The notes under the pieces: generated by a model
The model's input: the letters and a program-made list of their open reading frames with translations, nothing else
Databases searched by the model: none
Told to the model about the DNA's origin: nothing
Shown here: piece by piece, positions 1-10,814 of the stretch
Layout of the letters: each line of letters begins with the position of its first letter
Position numbering within the stretch: the stretch's first letter is position 1
Assembly (NCBI GenBank): GCA_964431555.1
Contig: CAYSJW010000033.1
Location: forward strand, 9,389 to 73,388
DNA from: an uncultured Gammaproteobacteria bacterium
GTDB taxonomy: Bacteria; Patescibacteriota; Microgenomatia; UBA8517
Direction of reading: 5' to 3'
DNA length: 64,000 nt
Program-made: the position numbers and the translations under genes

Positions 1-3
1 TTA

Positions 4-708
4 ATGTCGAATGCTAAACCTGCAGATAAATCTGAATATTTTGATTATTATACTGTTGTTGAAAATCTTTGTTTAGCAACGGGGTTGCCTATGCCCAAGC
101 TTTATATTATTGATGACACAGCTCCCAATGCATTTGCCACAGGAAGGGGACCTCAAAATGCGGTAATTTGTGCTACCACAGGCTTACTTCAAAAACTAAA
201 CAGAACTGAAATAGAAGGTGTGATAGGGCATGAGTTGAGTCATATTAGGAATTATGACATGCTTTTGATGACTATTGTATCTGTTTTGGTAGGGTCTATA
301 GCTTTGTTAGCTGATTTTTTGTTAAGGATAAACTGGTCTAGTAGAAGAGAAAGTAATGAGAGGAGAGGAAATTTAGGGGCTATTTTCTTATTTTTAGGTA
401 TAATTTTTGCTATTCTTTCTCCAGTTATAGCCAATCTTATAAAACTAGCAATATCAAGAAGAAGAGAATTTATGGCGGATGCAGGTTCGGTATCGATAAC
501 TAAACAACCTTCTGGTTTAATTTCAGCATTAAAGAAAATATCACAAGACCATGAACCACTAGAAGTTGCTAATAAAGCTACAGCACACCTTTATATTGTA
601 AATCCTTTTAAAGATAAATCTCAATCTATGGTTGGTTGGTTTGCAAATTTATTTAACACTCATCCCCCCATTGAAGAAAGGTTGAAATTACTTGAAGAAA
701 TGGCATAA
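4..708 (+). CDS. htpX: Zinc metalloprotease HtpX (M48), 5'-truncated by window edge
   Basis: PNAFATG, HELSH zinc motif, SRRREFMAD, THPPIEERL. Confidence 0.92.
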   Translation: MSNAKPADKSEYFDYYTVVENLCLATGLPMPKLYIIDDTAPNAFATGRGPQNAVICATTGLLQKLNRTEIEGVIGHELSHIRNYDMLLMTIVSVLVGSIALLADFLLRINWSSRRESNERRGNLGAIFLFLGIIFAILSPVIANLIKLAISRRREFMADAGSVSITKQPSGLISALKKISQDHEPLEVANKATAHLYIVNPFKDKSQSMVGWFANLFNTHPPIEERLKLLEEMA

Positions 709-797
709 AATATTTTTATATGTTTTATATAATACTAGTATCGATATTTGCATTATTTATTTTTTACTTCATTTACAAATATACTCAAAGACGTTAA

Positions 798-1127
798 TCA
801 TTTTGTTATTTGAAGATAAAACTTTCTTAAAGCAACAATAGTTATCCCCCAGGCTAGAGGTAACCAAAGAGGAACATATTTTAGATTATTTACTAGAAAA
901 ACGGGTTGAATTTTATTAAACGAAAAAATTGCAAAGAACATTGGGATTAGGCAAGCGAATAGGTAGTAAAAGAAATCTCCTTTTTCCCTTAAAAAAATAA
1001 AGTAAAAAAAAGAGACGATTATTGTAAAATAATTTAAACTTTTTACAGTTGGAGTTAGAAAGGCAATGGTAAAAAGCCAGCTGAAATATAGAAAATAAAA
1101 TAATATTATTATGTTTTCTTTTTTCAT
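798..1127 (-). CDS. Small multi-pass membrane protein (DUF2878-like); start probably ATG at 1127 rather than 1199
   Basis: Four hydrophobic segments, VPLWLPLAWG motif. Confidence 0.55.
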   Translation of the reverse strand: MKKENIIILFYFLYFSWLFTIAFLTPTVKSLNYFTIIVSFFYFIFLREKGDFFYYLFACLIPMFFAIFSFNKIQPVFLVNNLKYVPLWLPLAWGITIVALRKFYLQITK

Positions 1128-1255
1128 TAATATAATAATATTACCTTTTTTAAAAATAATAATGCAATGATACAATTTAAAAAAATGATAATTTTTCAAT
1201 CTAAATATGTTTTTTATCTGATAGTGATATAATTACAATGTAAATAAAGTTATTT

Positions 1256-1564
1256 ATGTCCAAAAAAGTAATTGACAAAAATTTAATAAAAAAAATCGAA
1301 AAACTATCTTTCTTAAATATTAGTGAAGAAGAATCTGAATATTTTGTAAATCAGTTTAATGAAACTTTATCTATAATTGAAATTTTTGATAAATTAAATA
1401 CTAAAAATATAACTCCCACAAATCAGGTTACAGGTCTTTTTAATGTTTTTAGGGAAGATAAAATTGATAAAAAAAGGATCTTAACCCAAGCCGAAGCTCT
1501 ATCAAACACAAAAAGTTCTCTAAATGGTTATTTTATGGTAAAAGCAATCTTTAATGAAACCTAA
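1256..1564 (+). CDS. gatC: Asp/Glu-tRNA amidotransferase subunit C
   Basis: NVFRED and GYFMVKAI motifs; first gene of gatCAB. Confidence 0.9.
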   Translation: MSKKVIDKNLIKKIEKLSFLNISEEESEYFVNQFNETLSIIEIFDKLNTKNITPTNQVTGLFNVFREDKIDKKRILTQAEALSNTKSSLNGYFMVKAIFNET

Positions 1565-2957
1565 TTTAAGTTTAAAAAATATTATAAGACTAATAGAGAA
1601 AAAGGAGTTATCCTCTTATGAACTAGTCTATTTTTATTTATCCAGAATTAAAAAATATAATAAAAAATTTAATGTATATTTGACTGTTGATGAAAAGGCG
1701 TTAAAGAAGGCAAAGAAAATATCAGGAATACCTAACGAAAAGAAACCCATTTTGGGAATTCCTTTTGCTGTTAAGGATATTTTTCTTACAAAAAATTTAA
1801 GAACAACTGCTTCGAGTAAACTTCTCGATAAATTTATACCTAAATATTCGGCGACGGTTGTGGAGAGATTAGAAGATGCTGGGGGTATTATCTTAGGAAA
1901 GACTAATCTTGATGCCTGGTGTCATGGTTCTTCAACAGAAACTTCTGATTATGGTTCGACGAAAAATCCATGGGATTCAAAAAGATTGCCGGGGGGATCA
2001 TCTGGAGGATCGGCTGCAGCTGTGTCAGCAGACTTGGCACCATTTTCTATTGGTACAGAAACAGCAGGTTCTATAAGAGGTCCGGCCGCATGGTGTGGCA
2101 TTGTAGGTTTAAAACCTACATATGGTAGAGTTAGTAGATACGGAATAATAGCTATGGGTTCATCATTAGATTGTCCAGGACCATTAACTAAAACAGTAGA
2201 AGATTCAGCAATAATTTTAAATATTATCGCGGGGAAGGATCCTTATGATGCAACAACATCAGATAGACCTAAGGAGGATTATTTAAGTTTTTTGAAAAAA
2301 AGTATAAAAGGCTTAAGAATTGGCATAGCAGAAAATTATCTTTTACCAAAAATGGATAAAAGAGTTAAGGATTTGATTATCAAAGCAGCACAAGATTTCG
2401 AAAGTTTAGGCGCAAAAGTTGATTATGTAAAAACTCTTGATCCTAATTACGCTATAGGAGTATACACTGTTATACAGAGATCAGAAGTTTCTTCAAATCT
2501 TTCCCGATTTGATGGTATTCGTTACGGAAATGATAGATCATTTTTTAAGCAAGAAGCAAAAAGAAGAATTATGCTTGGTACTTTTACATTATCTTCAGGT
2601 TATCAAGATAGGTATTATAAAAAAGCTCAAAAGGTCAGAACATTATTTATAAATGATTTTAAAAAAATTTTTAAAAATTTTGATTTACTAATAGGACCTA
2701 CGATGCCTGGCCCAGCTCCTAAAATTGGTATAACTAAAGGTCAGGCAATGTTTGGAGAGATGGCTGATATTCTTAATGAACCAACATCTATAGCAGGATT
2801 GCCGGGAATATCGGTACCTTGTGGTTTCATAGACGGATTACCTATAGGATTGGATATATTTGGTCCTCAATTTTCTGAAGGAAAAATCTTGTCTGCTGCA
2901 CATCATTATGAGAAATTAAATAACTGGAATAAAATTTATCCGAATTTAGATAAATAA
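1554..2957 (+). CDS. gatA: Asp/Glu-tRNA amidotransferase subunit A
   Basis: Amidase signature PGGSSGGSAAAVS, GLKPTYGRVSRYG, SSNLSRFDGIRYG. Confidence 0.96.
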   Translation: MKPNLSLKNIIRLIEKKELSSYELVYFYLSRIKKYNKKFNVYLTVDEKALKKAKKISGIPNEKKPILGIPFAVKDIFLTKNLRTTASSKLLDKFIPKYSATVVERLEDAGGIILGKTNLDAWCHGSSTETSDYGSTKNPWDSKRLPGGSSGGSAAAVSADLAPFSIGTETAGSIRGPAAWCGIVGLKPTYGRVSRYGIIAMGSSLDCPGPLTKTVEDSAIILNIIAGKDPYDATTSDRPKEDYLSFLKKSIKGLRIGIAENYLLPKMDKRVKDLIIKAAQDFESLGAKVDYVKTLDPNYAIGVYTVIQRSEVSSNLSRFDGIRYGNDRSFFKQEAKRRIMLGTFTLSSGYQDRYYKKAQKVRTLFINDFKKIFKNFDLLIGPTMPGPAPKIGITKGQAMFGEMADILNEPTSIAGLPGISVPCGFIDGLPIGLDIFGPQFSEGKILSAAHHYEKLNNWNKIYPNLDK

Positions 2958-2961
2958 TTTT

Positions 2962-4263
2962 ATGAGTAAAAAATATATTGCCACAGTTGGAATGGAAGCT
3001 CATATTGAATTAAGAACAGTTTCAAAGATGTTTTGTGGTTGTCCATCTGATCACTTTGCTAAACCTCCAAATAGCCAGACTTGCCCTGTTTGTTTAGGTT
3101 TACCTGGAGCCTTACCTACGATAAATAAAAAGGCTATTGAATGGACAATTATGATAGCTTTAGCGTTGAAATGTAAAATTAGCGAACTCAGTAAATTCGA
3201 CAGAAAGCATTATTTTTATCCCGATTTACCCAAAGGTTATCAGATAAGTCAGTATGATGAACCCATAGGAATCGATGGATTTCTTGAAACATCTTACGGA
3301 AGAGTTGGTATTGAAAGGGTACATATAGAAGAAGATACAGGTAAACTCCAACATAAAGAAATAAACGGAAGAAAAATTACTTTAATCGATTTCAATAGGA
3401 GCGGAGTTCCATTAGTTGAAATTGTTACTCATCCTGATATTCATTCAGGTTTGCAGGCAAAAGAATATTGTCAGAAATTACAACAAATTATTAGGACTTT
3501 AAAAGTTTCAGATTGTGATATGGAAAAAGGTTCTATGCGTCTAGAAGCAAATGTTTCTTGGGGTTTGGATTGGGGATATAAAGTTGAAGTAAAAAACCTA
3601 AATTCATTTAGATTTGTGGATAAAGCAATAGAATATGAACTTAAAAGACAGAAAGAAATTTTGGAAAAGGGAATAATTCCTAAGCAAGAAACCAGAGGTT
3701 GGGATGAGGTAAAAAATGTCACAGTAAGTCAAAGATATAAAGAAACTGCAGCTGATTATAGATATTTTCCTGAGCCGGATTTACCTCCAATGAAGTTTAA
3801 TCATGAATTTATAAGAAAATTAAAATCTAATATTCCGGAACTTCCTGAAGATAAAAGAAAAAGATTTATTGAAAAATACGGTTTGAGAAAAGATTATGCA
3901 GATATTATTGTATCGAACCAAAAACTCGCAGAAGTTGCTGAAAAAATATTTATTCAATCAAAGAAAGAGTCATTAGATATAAATAATATTGCAAGTATAT
4001 TGATAAATCGTAAAGATATTAAAAATTTAAATAAAGATGAAATAATTAAATTATATAAGTTAAAAAAAGAAAAGATAACTGATGAAGATAGATTATCTGA
4101 ATGGGTTAAAGAGGCAATGAATTTAATGCCAAAAGCAATAGATGATTTTAAGAAGGGTAAAACAAACTCAATTATGGCTTTGGTTGGTAAAGTTGTTCAA
4201 CTTTCAAAAGGTAAAGCAGATCCGATAATAACTAAGAAAATTTTAGAACAAAGACTCAAGTAA
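2962..4263 (+). CDS. gatB: Asp/Glu-tRNA amidotransferase subunit B
   Basis: CPVCLGLPGALP, FDRKHYFYPDLPKGYQISQ, DYRYFPEPDLP. Confidence 0.97.
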   Translation: MSKKYIATVGMEAHIELRTVSKMFCGCPSDHFAKPPNSQTCPVCLGLPGALPTINKKAIEWTIMIALALKCKISELSKFDRKHYFYPDLPKGYQISQYDEPIGIDGFLETSYGRVGIERVHIEEDTGKLQHKEINGRKITLIDFNRSGVPLVEIVTHPDIHSGLQAKEYCQKLQQIIRTLKVSDCDMEKGSMRLEANVSWGLDWGYKVEVKNLNSFRFVDKAIEYELKRQKEILEKGIIPKQETRGWDEVKNVTVSQRYKETAADYRYFPEPDLPPMKFNHEFIRKLKSNIPELPEDKRKRFIEKYGLRKDYADIIVSNQKLAEVAEKIFIQSKKESLDINNIASILINRKDIKNLNKDEIIKLYKLKKEKITDEDRLSEWVKEAMNLMPKAIDDFKKGKTNSIMALVGKVVQLSKGKADPIITKKILEQRLK

Positions 4264-4280
4264 TATTTTTCTTTCAAAAA

Positions 4281-5531
4281 ATGTCCTGGAGAAAATTAAT
4301 TAAAAACAATAATTTTGTTTTTATATGGATTTCACAGATATTTTCACAATTGACCATAAACATATTAAATTACACGATTATCTTTTCATTATTTGAGAAA
4401 ACTGGTTCTTCAATAGCTACCTCACTTGTCTGGATTTTCTATGCTTTACCTGTTATTTTAATTGGTCCCTTTGCAGCTTCATCCGCCGATATGATTGATA
4501 GAAGGAAAATTTTGATTATAACAAACTTTTTACAATCTATGGTTATACTACCATACGCTTTATTATCAGCTACACACAATTATCTTGTCTATGCTGTTGT
4601 TGTAATATATTCATCAATTAATCAATTTTATGTGCCAGCGGAATTTGCCACAATTCCTTTTGTTGTTGATAGAAAGAATCTTCCTGAAGCAAACAGTCTC
4701 TTTTTGGTAACCCAGCAGGTAGCCTTACTTTTGGGATTTGGCTTTTCCGGATTACTCCTTAATTTTATAGGTTTTAAATATACATTATTGATTTGTAGTT
4801 TATTTTTAATTATTTCATTTATCTCAACAACTTTTCTTCCAAGCATGAAAATAAAAACTGAGGTTCCTAATAAATTTGATGAAATTGTTCTTAAATTTTT
4901 CACTGAAATTTTTGTAGGATACAGATTCATAAAGAATAATAAAATGGTTTTGGCACCTTTTCTTATATTGATTTTCACGCAGATATCTTTATCGATAATA
5001 ACGGTTAACGCCCCCGCTATAGCTCAAAATATAGTTGGAGTTCCTTTAAATATGGCAGGAATATATTTGATAGTTCCAGCCGGAATGGGAGCAGTTTTAG
5101 CTTCATTCAGAATACCATTCCTTCTTAGTAAAAAGATAAGAAAGATAGTTATTATTAAAAATTCTTTAATAAACGTATTTTTGTCTTTGTTACTTTTTGT
5201 TTTTGTTTTTTCTTATTTGGAAGATAATATAAGATTATTATTTGACTTTCTGCTTATATTAATAATTGGTTATTCTTATGTAGGAATTTTAGTTCCTACA
5301 CAAACTTTCCTTCAACAGAAAACTCCTTTTGATCTAAGGGGAAGAGTTTTTGGAAATTATTGGTTTTTAGTGACATTACTGAGTGTTTTTCCAGTAATAT
5401 TATCGGGAACAATAACAGATATCTTTGGAGTAAAAATACTTTTTGGATTGCTTCTAATTGGAATACTCCTTTTATATATAATATTAGGAAAGAGGGACAA
5501 AATTTATGTTACTTCAAACAATTTCACTTGA
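4281..5531 (+). CDS. MFS transporter
   Basis: About 12 TM segments, ADMIDRRK motif A, LQQKTPFDLRGRVFG. Confidence 0.88.
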   Translation: MSWRKLIKNNNFVFIWISQIFSQLTINILNYTIIFSLFEKTGSSIATSLVWIFYALPVILIGPFAASSADMIDRRKILIITNFLQSMVILPYALLSATHNYLVYAVVVIYSSINQFYVPAEFATIPFVVDRKNLPEANSLFLVTQQVALLLGFGFSGLLLNFIGFKYTLLICSLFLIISFISTTFLPSMKIKTEVPNKFDEIVLKFFTEIFVGYRFIKNNKMVLAPFLILIFTQISLSIITVNAPAIAQNIVGVPLNMAGIYLIVPAGMGAVLASFRIPFLLSKKIRKIVIIKNSLINVFLSLLLFVFVFSYLEDNIRLLFDFLLILIIGYSYVGILVPTQTFLQQKTPFDLRGRVFGNYWFLVTLLSVFPVILSGTITDIFGVKILFGLLLIGILLLYIILGKRDKIYVTSNNFT

Positions 5532-5676
5532 ATGATATTTCTGTAGTAATATAGATAAAATATCCTAAAGGTAGATTGTTGATTAAAGGAAGTACAATAT
5601 TTAATATGGTTTTTTAAATTATAATAAGAATTTTTTATGAAGTTAATTTTATAAAATTTTTAAAAGTGTGTTAAAA

Positions 5677-8600
5677 ATGAGTAAATTTGTTCATCTACAT
5701 TTACATACAGAATATTCCCTTTTGGATGGATTATGTAAAATAAGTCCTTTGCTTCATTCAGTTAAGGAATTGGACATGGATAGTGTTGCAATAACTGACC
5801 ATGGAGCAATGTATGGAGTAATAGAGTTTTATAAAAAAGCTAAAAAGGAAGGAATAAAACCTATTTTAGGTATAGAGATATATACAACAAATTTTCCTCA
5901 TAAGGAAAGGCCTGAAAGATCGAGGGTAAAAAATTATCATCTTTTATTGTTGGCTAAAGACAATCAAGGGTATAAAAATTTAATGAGGTTAACATCTATC
6001 GCTCACATAGAAGGTTATTATTATAAACCTAGAGTAGATAAAGAAACTTTAGCAAAATATTCGGAAGGATTGATATGTTTGTCAGGTTGTTCTCTTGGAG
6101 AAATAAATCAATTTATTATTGAGGATGATTATATGAATGCAAAAATTTCAGCTGAATGGTATTTATCAGTTTTTAAAGAAGATTTTTATTTAGAATTACA
6201 AAGGCATGAAAATAATAATTTTATTAAAGAAACCAAAATAGTAGAAATTAAAAATTCTCTTAGAGAAGCTCATGAAAACGAAACTAAAATTAATTTGGGG
6301 TTAATTAAATTAAGTAGAGATTTAGGAATTCCCTTGGTAGCAACAAACGATGTACATTATATTAAAAAAGAAGATGCTGTTGCACAAGATGCATTGATAT
6401 GCATTTCTACGGGTAAAGTTATTAATGATACTAAAAGACTACGTTTTATTGATTCCCCCACATATTATCTTAGAAGCTCCGATGAAATGTATAAGTTATT
6501 TTTTGATTTACCTGATTCTTGTGAAAATACACTAAAAATAGCGGAAAAATGTGATGTTACAATAACTTTAGATAAATGGTTTTTCCCAAATTTTATTTTA
6601 ACTGAAAAAACTCCTGATGAAGAGTTAGAAAAAAAAGCTTATCAAGGTGTAGAAAGACTTAAATTAAAAGTAACATCACAATTAAAAGAAAGATTGGAAT
6701 ACGAACTTGATATTATCAAAAAGAAAGGTTATTCCACATATTTTTTAATTGTTGCTGATATGGCGTCGTGGTGCAATGAAAAAGGGATAATAACAAATAC
6801 ACGCGGATCAACGGCGGGTTCATTAGTAGCTTATGTTTTAGGAATCATAAATATTAATCCCTTGGATTATAATTTGCCGTTTGAAAGGTTTCTTACTCCG
6901 TGGAGACCATCTCCTCCAGATATTGACTTTGATATTGCTGATAATAGAAGGGAAGAGGTTATACAATATCTTACGGATAAATATGGAAAAGAAAAGGTTG
7001 CTCAGATATGCACTTTCGGTAGGATGATGGCAAGAGGATCTGTTAGAGATATTGCTAGAGTACTTGGCTATCCTTATTTAGTCGGCGATAAAATCTCTAA
7101 GTTAATACCATTAGGCTCTCAGGGATTTCCAATGAGTATTGATAAAGCAATTGAAATTTCTCCTGAATTAAAAAAGTTGTATAAAGAAGATAAAGATTCG
7201 AGAAAAATTATAGATCTTGCCAAACAGATAGAAGGTTCAGCGAGGCATATATCTGTACATGCGGCAGGTGTTGTCATAGCTCCGACTGAAATAACTGATT
7301 TTACTCCAATACAACTTGATCCGGAAGGCAAAAAGATAATTACTCAGTATGATATGGATGCACTTGACCCAAATGTATCCCCTGGAGAAGCGGTTGGACT
7401 TTTAAAGTTTGACCTTTTAGGATTAAGAAATTTGTCAATATTAGGTTCTACTGTAGAGATAATAAAAAGAGAAGAAAATGTTGATATCAGACTTTCACAA
7501 ATTCCTTTGAACGATAAGAAGACTTTTGAAATGTTGTCCAGAGGTGAAACGATGGGAGTTTTCCAACTTTCCGGAAGTGGCATGACAAGATATTTAAAAG
7601 AGCTTAAACCCGAAAGAGTTGAAGATTTGATGGCTATGGTTGCCTTGTATAGACCAGGTCCTATGGCTCAGATACCAGAATATATAGAAAGAAAAAATAA
7701 TCCTGAAAAGATCAAATATTTTGACGAGAGAATGAAAGAGTATCTTGATAAATCCTATGGTCTTTTGGTCTATCAAGATGATGTCTTTTTAACTGCTATA
7801 AAAATAGCGGGATACACATGGGAAGAAGCTGACAAATTTAGAAAGGCTGTTGGAAAGAAAATTCCACAGGAAATGGAAAAACAAAAAGATAAATTTATAA
7901 AAGGTGCGATAGAGAATGGTATGGAAAAAAATAAAGCAGAAGAATTGTTTGATTTAATTAAGCCTTTTTCAGGATATGGTTTTAACAAAGCTCATGCTGC
8001 CAGTTATGGTCTGGTAGCATATTGGACAGCTTATCTTAAGGCGAATTATCCTGTAGAGTTTATGACTGCTTTGTTGACTGCAGAATCTGATGATACGGAA
8101 AAAATATCTTCAGCTGTCAATGAGTGTAAGAGATTGGGTATAACCGTTCTTCCTCCGGATATTAATGAGTCAGATATAGGTTTTAAGATTGTAAATAATG
8201 AAAATTATAAATTTGGTAAAGCTATAAGATTTGGTTTAAATGCAATAAAAAATGTTGGTAATGCAGCGATAGAAGCAATACTAAATGAAAGAAAGAAAGG
8301 AAAATTTCTAAATTTCTCAAATTTTATAAAACGAGTTGACTCAAGAAAAGTAAATAAAAAGGTTCTAGAAAGTTTAATAAAAGTGGGTGCTTTATCTGAA
8401 TTTGGATCAAGAGCTATGCTTTTATCTGTGATGGATGATTTAAGAAGTAAAGTTAGTAAGCCTAAATGTTACGAGAATCAAGATATTCTTTTTAGCACTG
8501 ATGAACTTGAGAAAGGCAGTGATAAAGTAATTAACTTTAATGGCGAATCGATAGAAGAATTAACAGATGAGGAAATACAGCGATTAGAAAGGGAGCTGTT

Positions 8601-9183
8601 GGGTTTTTCTATATCTGCAAAACCAATATCAGATTTACTTTCATCAATTAAACAGATGTCAACACATAGTATTCAAGAGATAGTTGAGGAAAATGTTTTA
8701 GGTTCTGAAATAAAACTTGCAGTGGTTATAAAAGATGTTAGAGTTGCAATAACCAGAAAAACAGGTCAAGAAATGGCTTTTGTCAAGGTTTCAGATGAAA
8801 CCGGAACAATAAATCTTATTGTTTTTCCCAGATTATTTAATGAAACCAAGAATCTTTGGGTTGACAATAATGCCATAATTGTAACAGGTAAAGTAGATAC
8901 ACAAGATGATGAACCTGCAATTTTGGTTGATAAAATATTTTCAAAAGATCAGTTAAATAAAAGTGAAAATCACTTATATATAAGAGTTCCTAATAATATT
9001 GAAAAAGAAAGGTTAATAAAATTAAAGAATTATTTTTTAAAAATTCCGGGAATTAATGATGTATCATTAGTATTTAACGGTAAACATAAAAGAATTGTTG
9101 ATCTTAATGTAAAAATACAGTGGAATGAAGATATTGCTAGAAATATATCACAAATTTTAGAATCAGAAAATGATTTGGATTAA
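5677..9183 (+). CDS. dnaE: DNA polymerase III alpha subunit
   Basis: PHP HLHLHTEYSLLDG, PPDIDFD catalytic motif, FSGYGFNKAH, OB fold; start ATG 5677 or GTG 5668. Confidence 0.97.
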   Translation: MSKFVHLHLHTEYSLLDGLCKISPLLHSVKELDMDSVAITDHGAMYGVIEFYKKAKKEGIKPILGIEIYTTNFPHKERPERSRVKNYHLLLLAKDNQGYKNLMRLTSIAHIEGYYYKPRVDKETLAKYSEGLICLSGCSLGEINQFIIEDDYMNAKISAEWYLSVFKEDFYLELQRHENNNFIKETKIVEIKNSLREAHENETKINLGLIKLSRDLGIPLVATNDVHYIKKEDAVAQDALICISTGKVINDTKRLRFIDSPTYYLRSSDEMYKLFFDLPDSCENTLKIAEKCDVTITLDKWFFPNFILTEKTPDEELEKKAYQGVERLKLKVTSQLKERLEYELDIIKKKGYSTYFLIVADMASWCNEKGIITNTRGSTAGSLVAYVLGIININPLDYNLPFERFLTPWRPSPPDIDFDIADNRREEVIQYLTDKYGKEKVAQICTFGRMMARGSVRDIARVLGYPYLVGDKISKLIPLGSQGFPMSIDKAIEISPELKKLYKEDKDSRKIIDLAKQIEGSARHISVHAAGVVIAPTEITDFTPIQLDPEGKKIITQYDMDALDPNVSPGEAVGLLKFDLLGLRNLSILGSTVEIIKREENVDIRLSQIPLNDKKTFEMLSRGETMGVFQLSGSGMTRYLKELKPERVEDLMAMVALYRPGPMAQIPEYIERKNNPEKIKYFDERMKEYLDKSYGLLVYQDDVFLTAIKIAGYTWEEADKFRKAVGKKIPQEMEKQKDKFIKGAIENGMEKNKAEELFDLIKPFSGYGFNKAHAASYGLVAYWTAYLKANYPVEFMTALLTAESDDTEKISSAVNECKRLGITVLPPDINESDIGFKIVNNENYKFGKAIRFGLNAIKNVGNAAIEAILNERKKGKFLNFSNFIKRVDSRKVNKKVLESLIKVGALSEFGSRAMLLSVMDDLRSKVSKPKCYENQDILFSTDELEKGSDKVINFNGESIEELTDEEIQRLERELLGFSISAKPISDLLSSIKQMSTHSIQEIVEENVLGSEIKLAVVIKDVRVAITRKTGQEMAFVKVSDETGTINLIVFPRLFNETKNLWVDNNAIIVTGKVDTQDDEPAILVDKIFSKDQLNKSENHLYIRVPNNIEKERLIKLKNYFLKIPGINDVSLVFNGKHKRIVDLNVKIQWNEDIARNISQILESENDLD

Positions 9184-9210
9184 TATAAAATATCTGATAA
9201 AATCACACCT

Positions 9211-9567
9211 ATGGCAATAAATGTAAAATACAAAAATACAAATATTTCGATTGGAGATAAAGTAAGGGTAATTTATAAAATAAAAGAACAGGACAAAACG
9301 AGGTTGCAATCATTTGATGGAATTCTCATTGCTATTAAGGGTAGGAAAGAAAATTATTCTATAACTGTTAGGAGAATTGGTGATGCTCAAATAGGTATTG
9401 AAAGAATTTTTTTACTCTCATCACCTAGTTTAGAAAAAATAGAAATTTTAAAAAAGTCAGGTAAGGGAGTAAGAAGGGCAAAGCTTTATTATATAAGGGG
9501 TAAATCTAAAAAAGAAATCGAGAAAATATATTCAGGAGTTGATAAAATTAAAAAACCTTCTAATTAA
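9211..9567 (+). CDS. rplS: 50S ribosomal protein L19
   Basis: GIERIF and VRRAKLYYIR motifs. Confidence 0.95.
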   Translation: MAINVKYKNTNISIGDKVRVIYKIKEQDKTRLQSFDGILIAIKGRKENYSITVRRIGDAQIGIERIFLLSSPSLEKIEILKKSGKGVRRAKLYYIRGKSKKEIEKIYSGVDKIKKPSN

Positions 9568-9600
9568 TAATAAAAAATTAAATAATAACTCGTATTATTG

Positions 9601-9951
9601 ATGGATAACAAAAATTTTGGTTATATTGCTGAAGAATACGCAGCAAAGTTTCTCAGAAAAAGTGGCTATAGGATTATAAAAAAAAATTTTAGAACTTCAT
9701 TTTCTGAAATTGATATAATAGCGAAAAAAAATGATTATCTTGTTTTTGTTGAGGTAAAAGCTAGATCTAGCTTGAAATTTGGTTTCCCAGAAGAGGCAGT
9801 AAGTAATTTAAAATTAAATAGGATTAAAAAAGCTGCATACGTATACTTGCAAAAATATAGATTATTAAACAAAAAATTTAGAATTGATATAGTATCTCTT
9901 ACATACAATAAAAGTAAGGTAATTTCTAAAAAAATAATCCAAGTTTTTTAA
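9601..9951 (+). CDS. YraN family (UPF0102) putative endonuclease
   Basis: EIDIIA..LVFVEVKAR, RIDIV; typical position after rplS. Confidence 0.9.
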   Translation: MDNKNFGYIAEEYAAKFLRKSGYRIIKKNFRTSFSEIDIIAKKNDYLVFVEVKARSSLKFGFPEEAVSNLKLNRIKKAAYVYLQKYRLLNKKFRIDIVSLTYNKSKVISKKIIQVF

Positions 9952-10581
9952 ATGATAAAGATAATAAGGTTAGTAGTAGGTGTGATGAAAACAAACTGTT
10001 ATATACTTTATGATGACAAAATAAATGAAGCAGCAATTATAGACGCTGGTGATGATTCGGATTATATAATTTCAACAATTCTAAAATTAAATTTAAAAGC
10101 ATCTTTTATTATTTCTACACACGGACATTTTGACCATAACATGGCAGTTTATGAATTAAAAAATTTATTTAATGTACCATTTTTTTTCTCAAAAAAAGAT
10201 TATTTTATTTTAAAATATATGCCAAAATCAGCCAAACATTATATAGGATTAAGCAATGTTTTAGTTCCCAATCCAGATAGGTTTATTAAAAGTGGTGATC
10301 TTCTTAAATTAGGAGAAACGGTTATCAAAGTAATTAATACTCCCGGACATACTCCTGGAGGAATTTGTCTTTATATCAAAAAGAATAAGTTATTATTTAG
10401 TGGTGATATCATTTTTAATGAAGGGATAGGAAGATATGATTTTTCTTACTCAGACAAAAATGCATTAATTAAATCTATTAAAAAAATAATCTCTATAAAA
10501 AATCTAAAATATATCTATCCTGGACATGGAAATGTGATTATTTATAATTATATAAAGAAAATATTAAATATCTTTACTTAG
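9952..10581 (+). CDS. MBL-fold metallo-hydrolase (glyoxalase II-like)
   Basis: THGHFDH, TPGHTPG, PGHG. Confidence 0.9.
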   Translation: MIKIIRLVVGVMKTNCYILYDDKINEAAIIDAGDDSDYIISTILKLNLKASFIISTHGHFDHNMAVYELKNLFNVPFFFSKKDYFILKYMPKSAKHYIGLSNVLVPNPDRFIKSGDLLKLGETVIKVINTPGHTPGGICLYIKKNKLLFSGDIIFNEGIGRYDFSYSDKNALIKSIKKIISIKNLKYIYPGHGNVIIYNYIKKILNIFT

Positions 10582-10588
10582 TTTATTT

Positions 10589-10807
10589 ATGACTAAACGC
10601 TACAGAAGAAATATAAATTTCAGGCAAAGTGTAAAAGAATTTAGATCTCAAAATTATTCAAAAATAGTCCAACATTTTAAAATAAATTTGGCACAAAAAA
10701 TATTTGAATATTCTATAAAAGGGATACATTTTCCTATAAATATTGTAAGAGGTGTTTATAAAAAATTTATTCCTGCACTTCCTAAAAATGCAAAAAAAAT
10801 ATCATAA
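10589..10807 (+). CDS. Small basic hypothetical protein
   Basis: 72-aa ATG ORF tightly packed after the MBL gene; no recognised motif. Confidence 0.45.
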   Translation: MTKRYRRNINFRQSVKEFRSQNYSKIVQHFKINLAQKIFEYSIKGIHFPINIVRGVYKKFIPALPKNAKKIS

Positions 10808-10814
10808 AAATGAT